Assembly (NCBI GenBank): GCA_964512695.1
Contig: CAZEJU010000005.1
Span: 5,668-69,667 of the forward strand
Reading direction: 5' to 3'
DNA: 64,000 nucleotides
Source of the DNA: an uncultured Gammaproteobacteria bacterium
GTDB taxonomy: Bacteria; Patescibacteriota; Microgenomatia; Levybacterales; UBA12049
Under the pieces are notes generated by a model that made no database searches, was not told the DNA's origin, and was given only the letters and a program-made list of their open reading frames with translations. Position numbers and translations under genes: made by a program. Positions 28,496 to 37,436 of this stretch are shown in pieces (positions within the stretch are counted from its first letter, which is position 1; each line of letters opens with the position of its first letter).

Positions 28496-30004
28496 TTATT
28501 GTGGCTTAAGTATTAAAAACTCGGACGAACTATTTGTATCAGCGATAAATATACGATCATTGCTCGTATCATATACAACTTCTTTTGGAAAATTTACAAT
28601 ATTTAGTGATCCCAATGCCGGCAAACCTGGTAATGAATCTAGATTACTGCCATTGATAACTAAAAAATCATTTGTTGCCGAATTAGTTCCTAGAAAAAGT
28701 AGATTATTCCCAAAACTTATAGAGTTTACATCTGCTCCAATTTCAACAGTTGATTTAAGCAAAAGACTTGTTGGTGTGGAAACATCAATTGAGTAAAGTT
28801 CTGGCGCTCCGCTGGAAACTCTTCCCACCAAAATTCTATTCCCTCCGGCATTATAAATCGCAATCGCGTTTGCAGGATTGTTTCCGCTATCAAGATTAAA
28901 AATAGCATCACGCGCAAGCGTTGTAAGATTTATTACTTGTACTTCAGCAGCATTATCATCAGATGTAACAAACGCATAACTTCCTACAATAACTACCCCA
29001 GTAGGAGTTCCCGTTATTCCAGAACCAGTCCCGGTAATTGTGGGAGAAGCCGGATTTGAAATATTAAACTTAATAAACTCATTACCTCCATTCCTTACCA
29101 TATATAAAAAGTTTCCGGAAATCGCCAGAGCAATAGCATCAGCGTTATCATTACCACTGTTAACGACCGTTAAATTTACGGAATTCAACGTTGCAGTTGA
29201 AAGGCTTGTTGGAGAGCTAATATCTATAATCTGCAACTCCTGAGAGTTATTAGTTGATGCAATATATGCGTAATTACCATTAATAACAATATCATTTACG
29301 TCACCTCCAAGTTCGCGTTGGCAGTTTACACACATAGAGGGAACAGTAGTATTTGATACATCAATTGAAAAAAATTCAGTACCAACTGAACTAGCACGAC
29401 CTAAAAAAATATAGTTACCAGATCTTACAAGAGATATTCCATTAGCAGCATTTGCACCGCTATTTGCTAGTGTTAAATCGAAGCTCGAATCAAGAGATGG
29501 ACTTGCCCAATTTCCCACAATTGCCTTTCTCCAATCCGATAAATAACTTGAGAGGACAACAGAATTAGATCTTGTAGATGTAAAGTTCCAAGAAACTGTT
29601 GATGTAATTTTCTTAGTCAGAGGGTCAACAGTACCCCCACTTGTCACAATATTTCCGTTTCCATCCCTTGAAACATCAGATACTGTTATGACTCTCGTAT
29701 ACTTACTACTTAGAATATTATTGCTTCCTGAAAAACTCCAGACATTTCCCACTCTGGAAATACCTGTCCCAGGACTGTTTACCAAACTCGCAAAATTCTG
29801 GTTTTTAATTGAACGGGTTGCCTCAATACCTTCAGATGCATACTGTGTAGCTATGGTTTGCTCTTCTCCAAGCCTATTTGAGTCTAATCCTTGCAGCATA
29901 ACCATGACTGCACCAGATGCTAATATCATAAACAAAGCAGTAGCTATAATAACTTCAATAACCGAAAATCCCTTTTGGTGACACTCTTCAAAATATAATT
30001 TCAT
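28496..30004 (-). CDS. Large prepilin-headed protein with about 6 beta-propeller-type (LVIVD-like) repeats; candidate pilus tip adhesin (PilV/PilY1-like function)
   Basis: QKGFSVIEVIIATALFMILASGAVMV prepilin N-terminus, then repeated ~45-aa units (..ASTNNSQELQIIDIS.., ..RASSVGTEFFSIDVS.., ..RVSSGAPELYSIDVS.., ..TNSATNDFLVINGS.., ..DTNSSSEFLILKP). Confidence 0.6.
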   Translation of the reverse strand: MKLYFEECHQKGFSVIEVIIATALFMILASGAVMVMLQGLDSNRLGEEQTIATQYASEGIEATRSIKNQNFASLVNSPGTGISRVGNVWSFSGSNNILSSKYTRVITVSDVSRDGNGNIVTSGGTVDPLTKKITSTVSWNFTSTRSNSVVLSSYLSDWRKAIVGNWASPSLDSSFDLTLANSGANAANGISLVRSGNYIFLGRASSVGTEFFSIDVSNTTVPSMCVNCQRELGGDVNDIVINGNYAYIASTNNSQELQIIDISSPTSLSTATLNSVNLTVVNSGNDNADAIALAISGNFLYMVRNGGNEFIKFNISNPASPTITGTGSGITGTPTGVVIVGSYAFVTSDDNAAEVQVINLTTLARDAIFNLDSGNNPANAIAIYNAGGNRILVGRVSSGAPELYSIDVSTPTSLLLKSTVEIGADVNSISFGNNLLFLGTNSATNDFLVINGSNLDSLPGLPALGSLNIVNFPKEVVYDTSNDRIFIADTNSSSEFLILKPQ

Positions 30005-30438
30005 CTGCTAACTACTCCTTGAGAATTAATCACAAATTGTTTTGAGGTATCGTTACTAGTAATAGAGTATGTGCCTGTAGTGCTGGGTAAACCAGTAACT
30101 TTTGTAAAAACAACTTCAGTAAAGCCTGCAATAGATATATTGGAGTTGACCCTGAATGTTTCATCAAAAGCTGCATTGCGTGTAGCATACGAATTTCCTT
30201 GAAAAAGAGTTAAGGTATTTGATCCAAAACGCACTCCCCAATTACCGTTTTGCCTACCCATCATCGCATAGATTTGAGCTTTTCTCGCTTCTCCTAAGAA
30301 TTGATCCTGTACATTGGCTACAGCGTTTTGCGTCAAGAAACGGGAAAAGAAAACTACTGAGAATGTGCCAATAGAAATTATTATCGCGATAACTAAGAGT
30401 AATTCAATAATGGTAAAACCAGCAGCTTTTCTGTACAT
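30001..30438 (-). CDS. Prepilin-type minor pilin (GspH/FimT-like)
   Basis: MYRKAAGFTIIELLLVIAIIISIG motif. Start moved to the internal Met to remove the 68-nt overlap with pilC. Confidence 0.65.
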   Translation of the reverse strand: MYRKAAGFTIIELLLVIAIIISIGTFSVVFFSRFLTQNAVANVQDQFLGEARKAQIYAMMGRQNGNWGVRFGSNTLTLFQGNSYATRNAAFDETFRVNSNISIAGFTEVVFTKVTGLPSTTGTYSITSNDTSKQFVINSQGVVSR

Positions 30439-30448
30439 ATCATGACAC

Positions 30449-31534
30449 TTAGCGCTTGATACTACTACTAAACTGATAAATCGGTCCAATAATGGAAACT
30501 GCAATAAAGGCAACAATCAACCCTACTATTATTAATATTACTGGCTCAAGAATTGTTGAAAGATTCTTGGAAGTACTATCAACTTCATCTTCAAAATAAT
30601 CCCCTAAGTAACTGAATGTCTCGTCAAGTTTACCCGTTTTTTCTCCAACGCCCAGCATCCTGACTGCAATAAGCGGAAAAAAATTAAATTTTGAATGATC
30701 AAAAATGCTCTCAAGTGTTTTGCCTCTCTCTACCCCTTTTTGAATCCTGTCTATATATTCCCTGAAGATCATATTTTGCGTGGATTCTTTTTGAATTTCC
30801 AGTGCGCGTGTAATTGGGATTGAACTTTGAAGCAAAGTACCCATATTCCTGCAGATTGACGCAAGCTGTACATTTTGTATAAACGAACCAATTACAGGAA
30901 GGCTTAGCAAAAATCTATGCCATAAAGGTTTTGCAAATTTTTGGGAGATAGTTACTTTAAACGCGATCACACAAATACCTAAAAATGCGAAGATATAAAT
31001 CCCATAATTGTTCATTACGTTTGCAAACCAAAGAAGAATTCTTGTTGTTATCGGAAGCTCTACATCCAGGGAATTAAATAGGTCAACTAACTTTGGTAAA
31101 ACAAAAATACTCAAACCAATTGCGGCTGTAAACGCGACTAAAAGCACAATAGTTGGATAGAGTAATGCGCTCTTAATTTTTTGCGAGAACTCATGGGTCT
31201 TTCTTAAATGTGTTGCAAGGTAATCCAGATTCTTCTCAAGGTTTCCTGATTGTTCCCCGACTTTTATAAGCTGCACATAAAATGGATCAAAAAATTTTGG
31301 ATAAAAAGATAATGCCTTATCAAACTCTTGCCCATTTACAACTTCTTCGCGGATTTTATGCAAAACCTTTCTGAAATATACATTATTGTTCTGCCTAGAA
31401 ACTATTTCGATTGATTCAGCCAGGGGTATTCCACTTTTAAGCATAATGGAAAGGTGCTTCGTAAACGTCAGTCTTTCAACCGCACTGACACCTCCAAAGA
31501 TTACTATGTTATCAGACATCTTAGGCAGTTTCAT
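30449..31534 (-). CDS. pilC: Type IV pilus inner-membrane platform protein PilC (GspF family)
   Basis: Two T2SS_F repeats, 3 TM helices and the typical length of 361 aa. Adjacent to pilB. Confidence 0.85.
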   Translation of the reverse strand: MKLPKMSDNIVIFGGVSAVERLTFTKHLSIMLKSGIPLAESIEIVSRQNNNVYFRKVLHKIREEVVNGQEFDKALSFYPKFFDPFYVQLIKVGEQSGNLEKNLDYLATHLRKTHEFSQKIKSALLYPTIVLLVAFTAAIGLSIFVLPKLVDLFNSLDVELPITTRILLWFANVMNNYGIYIFAFLGICVIAFKVTISQKFAKPLWHRFLLSLPVIGSFIQNVQLASICRNMGTLLQSSIPITRALEIQKESTQNMIFREYIDRIQKGVERGKTLESIFDHSKFNFFPLIAVRMLGVGEKTGKLDETFSYLGDYFEDEVDSTSKNLSTILEPVILIIVGLIVAFIAVSIIGPIYQFSSSIKR

Positions 31535-31605
31535 ATTTGAATTTAAAATTTGGACTGTTGAATACAGAATTTAATTATTAAAATCTATACTTCAGATTCT
31601 AGAGT

Positions 31606-33300
31606 CTACTCGCGCGTTGCACGTAATACTTCTTCAATAGTTGTTATTCCTTCAGCTATTTTTTCCAGACCGTCTTCGGCCATTTTTCTCATTCCTTCTT
31701 TTATCGCCATCTGTTCAATTGTGTCAGAATCTGCTTTTTGGACAATTAAAGCTCTGATTGCCTCATTCATTTCTAGAACTTCAAAGATACCTATTCTTCC
31801 CATGTACCCACTCATGTGGCAAACAGAACATCCTTTTCCTTTATATATCCTTATTGATGATTTACTTCCGTAAATTTTTCTGATCAAGTCACGGCTAAAA
31901 TCTTTTAGAAGTTCCGACAGCTCGATGTCTAGAGAATATTTACACTTCTCACAAATTTTACGAACCAAACGTTGCGCGATTACAACATTTATTGTCGATG
32001 CGACTAAAAACGGTTCTACTCCCATGTCAATAAACCTTGGAACCGCTGTCGCCGCGTCATTTGTATGCAGTGTAGAAAGGACAATATGTCCTGTTAAAGC
32101 AGAATTAATTGCAATGTCCGCAGTCTCATCATCTCTGATTTCACCAATATATATGATATTCGGGTCTTGCCTCAAAATTGAGCGCAATCCTTCCGCAAAT
32201 GTTAAATTAGTTTTTGCATTAACTTGAATCTGGTTTATACCCTCCACGTCATACTCAACGGGATCTTCAATTGTCGCGATATTTTTGTCAGGTGTGTTTA
32301 AAATTTTAAGAATTGCATACATAGTAGTTGTTTTACCGCTTCCAGTTGGCCCCGTGGACAATATCATACCGTACGGTTTATTCATGGCGTTAACCACTTT
32401 CTCATGGTCTTCTTTGCTCATTCCCAGATTAGATAAACTAAACTGCCTGAAATGTGAAGCTAAAAGCCTTAAAACAGCTTTCTCCCCATGAACTACCGGC
32501 ACCATTGAGACACGGATATCCAAATCTTCTTCAGGAAGTTGAACCTGTATCTTTCCATCCTGTGCTGAGGCATGCTCATCAGTTTGTAATGAAGCTAAAA
32601 CCTTAATCCTTAGAACCACCTGCTTATATACCTCCAAAGATAAGGTCAAAACTTCGTGCATAATCCCGTCAATCCTAAACCTTACCTGCGCGTTATCTTT
32701 TGCAGGCTCTATATGAATGTCAGACGCGTTATTCCTATATGCGTATTCGATAAGTAAATCCACTATTTTTATAATCGGTGCTTCATAGATTTTACCGTCT
32801 CCTAAAATATCAACTTGTTCAGCTAAAAGCGCATCGAATTTTTTTTGCAGATCTTTTTTATAGATTTTTAGCGATTGCTCAATATCACGCCGTATAGCAA
32901 AATATGGAATTACTTTTTTATTCACTTTGCGTTGGATAAATTCAAGCAATTTGAGGTTCGAGGTGTTCGCAAGTGCAATTTTAACATTATCTGGATTGTC
33001 TTGAAAAACGATAGCACTAAACTCTTTCGCGAGTTGCTCGGGTATTATATACGAGGCGCTATCAGGAATAGAAACAGTCTGAAGATTAATATACGGAACA
33101 TTAATCATATCTGCAATGATTCTGCCAAGCCCAACAGAATCTATTAAATCATGGTCGATAAGTGCTTCAGCAAACGATACATTTTCCTTCTCACATTCTG
33201 TAAATGTTTTGATCAGTTCTTTTTCTTCAATAACTTTCAGTTCTTTTAAAGAGTTCAATAAATCCTTGGCGAATGGTTCCATACTTTTTAATCGTATCAA
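31606..33300 (-). CDS. pilB: Type IV pilus assembly ATPase PilB (GspE family)
   Basis: N-terminal GSPII_E_N-like region, Walker A LSTGPTGSGKTTT, Asp box and His box, and a tetracysteine motif CEKCK...CSVCH. Confidence 0.9.
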   Translation of the reverse strand: MIRLKSMEPFAKDLLNSLKELKVIEEKELIKTFTECEKENVSFAEALIDHDLIDSVGLGRIIADMINVPYINLQTVSIPDSASYIIPEQLAKEFSAIVFQDNPDNVKIALANTSNLKLLEFIQRKVNKKVIPYFAIRRDIEQSLKIYKKDLQKKFDALLAEQVDILGDGKIYEAPIIKIVDLLIEYAYRNNASDIHIEPAKDNAQVRFRIDGIMHEVLTLSLEVYKQVVLRIKVLASLQTDEHASAQDGKIQVQLPEEDLDIRVSMVPVVHGEKAVLRLLASHFRQFSLSNLGMSKEDHEKVVNAMNKPYGMILSTGPTGSGKTTTMYAILKILNTPDKNIATIEDPVEYDVEGINQIQVNAKTNLTFAEGLRSILRQDPNIIYIGEIRDDETADIAINSALTGHIVLSTLHTNDAATAVPRFIDMGVEPFLVASTINVVIAQRLVRKICEKCKYSLDIELSELLKDFSRDLIRKIYGSKSSIRIYKGKGCSVCHMSGYMGRIGIFEVLEMNEAIRALIVQKADSDTIEQMAIKEGMRKMAEDGLEKIAEGITTIEEVLRATRE

Positions 33301-33407
33301 AACATAAATCCTCAGACAAGAAAGACATAGTAAGTGTCTCTAGATCAATATTCATTTTTGCGGTGCTATAAGAAAGTTTGCAGCTGAATTTTTCTAGTAA
33401 AGGAGAA

Positions 33408-33716
33408 TTAAGTACCAATCACGGTATTAATCTTTGTAATTACATCATTGATTGATAGGTCTGATTTTATTATATAATCACGCGCTCCTAATTTCATTCC
33501 ACGATCAATATCTTCTTTTTGCCCTAAATTTGAAGCAATAATAACAGGAATCCTTTTCCAGTCCGGATTATTTTGAATTTCTTCTAAAACCGTAAACCCG
33601 TCTTTTTTAGGCATCATAAGATCCAGTAACATAACATCTGGGACAAATGTTTTGAGCGTATCAATTGCCTCCTGGCCGTCTGCTACTAATGTAACATCAA
33701 ACCCTTCCTTTGCCAT
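33408..33716 (-). CDS. CheY-like receiver domain protein lacking a canonical AUG-initiated N-terminus (see findings)
   Basis: Receiver motifs are present (VMLLDLMMPKKDG; conserved K in ASNLG). In-frame codons upstream of the ATG encode PIIKNITAEDDKFLANAYRVK, i.e. the missing beta1-DD segment, with no ATG/GTG/TTG before the upstream stop. Confidence 0.6.
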   Translation of the reverse strand: MAKEGFDVTLVADGQEAIDTLKTFVPDVMLLDLMMPKKDGFTVLEEIQNNPDWKRIPVIIASNLGQKEDIDRGMKLGARDYIIKSDLSINDVITKINTVIGT

Positions 33717-33927
33717 TTTTACGCGATATGCATTAGCGAGGAATTTATCATCTTCAGCTGTTATATTTTTTATAATTGGCTAAAAGCTTTATCGGATGAT
33801 GCAATTTTTACTTCCTAAACCTGATGTACTTCTTATGGAAAATATAGACATCGGTTTTCTATCAGCTTTTTTCGCATTTCCATAAATTTATTCTTTCAAG
33901 TTTTACAGTCCTAACACTCTTAAAGTG

Positions 33928-34308
33928 TTATAAGTAGCTTTTAACCTCTTCTGCTATTGCTGACAAACTTGCATCTGATTTGACCAGAAAATCTATGGCT
34001 CCCATTTCTTTCGCCATTTTTTTATCTTCTTCTTGCGATAAATTCGAAGTGATAATTACTTTTGTGTTTATCCCTTTTTCACGAATAACTGATAGTACCT
34101 CCCAACCATCAATACCAGGCATCATGATATCTAAAAGGACTAAGGAATAAGTCCCTGATTGCAATTCCTTTAATCCTTCCTCACCGCTGAAGACCACGTG
34201 AGCAGTAATGCCCCCTTTTTGAAGCTTTATCTCCATCGCTTTTCCCATTGCTTTTTCGTCCTCAATAATAAGAACTTTTTTTGTATTGTTACTATTTACA
34301 CTTTCCAA
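33928..34308 (-). CDS. Single-domain response regulator (CheY-like receiver)
   Basis: KKVLIIEDEKAMGKA..., LVLLDIMMPGIDGWEV, conserved K (SNLSQ..K). 126 aa. Confidence 0.8.
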   Translation of the reverse strand: MESVNSNNTKKVLIIEDEKAMGKAMEIKLQKGGITAHVVFSGEEGLKELQSGTYSLVLLDIMMPGIDGWEVLSVIREKGINTKVIITSNLSQEEDKKMAKEMGAIDFLVKSDASLSAIAEEVKSYL

Positions 34309-34359
34309 ACTGTAATATTCACCCTCTTTCTTTTTATATTTTCTCTTCTGTTTGAGAAT

Positions 34360-34782
34360 TTAATAGAGCTGCACTTCTTTATCTTGCAAATCAAAAATCC
34401 CATTTAATTTTTCAACTATTTCTTCTAGGGAATTTTCTGATTTAACAAGATAATAAGACGGCTGGTCGGTTACTACATGAGTTAACCTTTCGTCATTTGT
34501 ATCAAAATTCGTAAGAATAACCACTGAAGCATATTTACCCCATTTATTCTCACGTAACTTATGTAACATAGTCAGACCATCCATTTTGGGCATTTCAATA
34601 TCCAGTAAAATTGCGTTCGGATGATTTTTTAATGCAGCATCCAGCCCAGTTGCTCCGTCCCCAGCTTCTAAAACTAAAAACCCTAAGCTTTCTAGTTTCA
34701 CGGCAATTGCTTGCCTAAGAGAGGCATCATCTTCAATGATAAGAATGGACTTACTCGTTTCCAAATTATTTTGATTTGCCAT
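34360..34782 (-). CDS. Single-domain response regulator (CheY-like receiver)
   Basis: KSILIIEDDASLRQA..., ILLDIEMPKMDGLTML. 140 aa. Confidence 0.8.
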   Translation of the reverse strand: MANQNNLETSKSILIIEDDASLRQAIAVKLESLGFLVLEAGDGATGLDAALKNHPNAILLDIEMPKMDGLTMLHKLRENKWGKYASVVILTNFDTNDERLTHVVTDQPSYYLVKSENSLEEIVEKLNGIFDLQDKEVQLY

Positions 34783-35170
34783 ATAAGCATTCTTTTAGAG
34801 CCTCAACTATTTGATCTAAGCGAAAATTCGCCTTAACAAAGTACTTATTCACCCCCAGCTGCATATACATTCTCACTTTTTCTTCGCTTGCCGTATTACT
34901 TACAACAAAAATTGGAATATGTTTCCATTTTGAATCAGAACTTTTGATTTTTGTAACCAAATCTAATCCGTCATCTTTACCTAACAAATAGTGGTCTAAC
35001 CAAATTCCATCCACCTGACTAAGTTCTTCCAAATAAGACATGGCTTGTTGTACACTTCTTGCGGTAGCCACATTAATATTGTTATTCTCAAGCTTTATCT
35101 TAATCACTTCTAACAATGGAATTTCATCCTCAATAACTAAAATCGTTTTTGTCTCCATAAAGATAGTCAC
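34766..35170 (-). CDS. Single-domain response regulator (CheY-like receiver)
   Basis: KTILVIEDEIPLLEV..., IWLDHYLLGKDDGLDLV. 134 aa, overlapping the next receiver gene by 17 nt. Confidence 0.75.
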   Translation of the reverse strand: MTIFMETKTILVIEDEIPLLEVIKIKLENNNINVATARSVQQAMSYLEELSQVDGIWLDHYLLGKDDGLDLVTKIKSSDSKWKHIPIFVVSNTASEEKVRMYMQLGVNKYFVKANFRLDQIVEALKECLYGKSK

Positions 35171-35179
35171 CTCCTTCCT

Positions 35180-37381
35180 TCATTTTAATCTTCTATTACC
35201 GTCTTTCTTCACCATTCCAGAAAGAGGCAATAACACAAAAAACGTTGTACCTTTATTTTCTTCCGAATAAAACCATATTTTACCTCGGCAATGATCTATC
35301 AATGATTTTACAAGATACAATCCTAACCCAGTTCCATCAGTATTTTGTACTCTGACATTATCTGCCCTAAAAAGTTTTTCGAAAACTTTTCCTTGTTGCA
35401 TGGTGGTTATTCCGATACCATTATCCTCAACTTCTATAAGAAGACTATTCTCTTCTGCTTTTACCCCACCAACTGCTTCTTCCTGCTGGATAGTTTTTAA
35501 AGAGATTTTTATTTCTCCGTTTTCATTGGTGTATTTGATTGAATTTGTAAGCAAGTTCTGGAGTATGATTGTAGTTAAGTTAGGATCAAGCATGATTTGG
35601 GGCATATCATCTTTCTCGAGGACTACTCTTAATTTTTTCTCATCTATCATAGGCTTTGACTCATCCAGGATAGAACGGGTTAATCTCACAATATCAACCA
35701 TTTCAGGTTCAATCATGTAATTGCCTGTTTCAATTCTCGACACATTCAGTAGTGCATTTACCAGCTTTGACAGGCGCTGACTTCCTTGATAGGCTTCCTG
35801 GATAAACTTTTTTTGCTCATCTGTTACATTACCTGCATCTCCAGATAAAAGAAGTTCACAATACCAATTGATAGTTGAGAGAGGCGTACGCAGCTGATGA
35901 GATGCTAAAGAGATAAATTCTGACTTAGCCCTGTCTATTTGCTTTTCTCTCGTAACATCATGCAGAACAGTAACCGTGCCCAATAGTTTATTCCTCAGTA
36001 GAATGGGAGTAATCGTAACTAATACCGCAATCTTTTCTCCATTTTTTTTGGTATAGATCACTGCACTGCTGATCTTCTCTTTACGGGATAGCACTTTATT
36101 TATAATTCTTTCCGCAGGAGGTATGACTCTTCCATTTTCATCTTCCGCCTTAATAGCTTCAATTAATTTTCTCTCTACCAGATCCTGTGGGGTATATCCT
36201 AATAACTCTTCTATTGCTTGATTTATCCTCACAATTTGTCCCTTCTCATCTGTGACGATCAGTCCGTCCCCAATACTTGATATAAGAACTTCATCATATA
36301 TGCGTTCTTCCTCAAGATGGGTTATATCCTCTTCTGTCCCTATAAAGCCAATTATCCTATCTTCCTTTTTTATGGGTGAAATATGGGTAATCACGGTGTA
36401 ATATTCACCATTTTTTCGTCTATTCTGTAGCTCCCCATCAAATCCTTCACCTGCTCGTATTGTTTGCCATAGTTTTTGGTACAAGTCTTGAGTCATAATA
36501 CCACCCCATAAGCGAGGCGTATTATTTTTCATCTCCTCAAAACTAAAACCTGTCATTTGCTGAGCTTTTTTATTTGCAAAAACAACAAACCCGTTTACAT
36601 CAGTTATCACAACGTGATTGCGGGAGTCTTGAATTGCTTGCAACATAATATTCTTCTCTGTTTGTTCATTATTAAAATCAGATTCTGTTAAAATAGTATC
36701 ATTTATTCTTGGATAGTGTTCCTCAAAACGCATGTTCTGAAAAGGAGTATTTCTGCGGGCTAGAAGCACATATGTCTCATCAATAAACCCCTGCGGACCA
36801 CAAATAAAGAAAAGATCCTCCGCAAAATTGATTCCTGATGGAAAAAGTTCATTTGATATTTTTCCAATATGGTTTACAAATACGATATTTTGCTGTGCAG
36901 TTATCCTGGAAAGCTCTTCTGAGAAAGCGCTTTTTTCAGAAGCTGAGTTAACATACATAAGTGTTAAATTTGGATTCATCTCTTCCTGGAGAGAGTTAAT
37001 AATTGAAAGAAATGGTGCAATCCCGACTCCGCCTGCGATCATAACTATATTTTGTTTTTGATTTTTAAGTGAATAGGAACTCCCAAATGGACCGAGTATT
37101 TTTACCCTACTTTGAAGTGGAAGTTCTAAAAGCGTTTTTATATATCCTGAATCTGAATTGCGAAAAAGAATAGAGCAGGATTTTTTATTCAAAGAACTGG
37201 AGATAATAGAGAAAGCTCTTCTCCCTCCTTTTAGATCCGGGTATAAAAGCTCGGACACAATTACCCAGACATATTGACCGGGAGAAAAACTAAAATCTTG
37301 TTCAAAGAAGAAGGTAATGACTGTCGTGTCTTTTGCAACTGTTTTCTTTTCCTGAATTGTCGCCCACATTTCATTACTCAT
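35180..37381 (-). CDS. Hybrid sensor histidine kinase: N-terminal ferredoxin-NADP-reductase-like FAD/NAD(P)-binding oxidoreductase module, then 2 PAS domains, HisKA and HATPase_c
   Basis: FNR-family motifs RRAFSIISS (RxYS FAD site), MIAGGVGIAPFLSII (GGxGxxP NAD site) and FFICGPQGF. Two PAS-like segments. H-box ASHQLRTPLSTI, N-box LLTNSIKYT, G1 VEDNGIGI, G2 GTGLGLYLVKSL. Confidence 0.8.
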   Translation of the reverse strand: MSNEMWATIQEKKTVAKDTTVITFFFEQDFSFSPGQYVWVIVSELLYPDLKGGRRAFSIISSSLNKKSCSILFRNSDSGYIKTLLELPLQSRVKILGPFGSSYSLKNQKQNIVMIAGGVGIAPFLSIINSLQEEMNPNLTLMYVNSASEKSAFSEELSRITAQQNIVFVNHIGKISNELFPSGINFAEDLFFICGPQGFIDETYVLLARRNTPFQNMRFEEHYPRINDTILTESDFNNEQTEKNIMLQAIQDSRNHVVITDVNGFVVFANKKAQQMTGFSFEEMKNNTPRLWGGIMTQDLYQKLWQTIRAGEGFDGELQNRRKNGEYYTVITHISPIKKEDRIIGFIGTEEDITHLEEERIYDEVLISSIGDGLIVTDEKGQIVRINQAIEELLGYTPQDLVERKLIEAIKAEDENGRVIPPAERIINKVLSRKEKISSAVIYTKKNGEKIAVLVTITPILLRNKLLGTVTVLHDVTREKQIDRAKSEFISLASHQLRTPLSTINWYCELLLSGDAGNVTDEQKKFIQEAYQGSQRLSKLVNALLNVSRIETGNYMIEPEMVDIVRLTRSILDESKPMIDEKKLRVVLEKDDMPQIMLDPNLTTIILQNLLTNSIKYTNENGEIKISLKTIQQEEAVGGVKAEENSLLIEVEDNGIGITTMQQGKVFEKLFRADNVRVQNTDGTGLGLYLVKSLIDHCRGKIWFYSEENKGTTFFVLLPLSGMVKKDGNRRLK

Positions 37382-37436
37382 AAGAAATAACGTGGACTTC
37401 AGGAGTCTCTTATAATAGTAGTATATACTAATTCAA

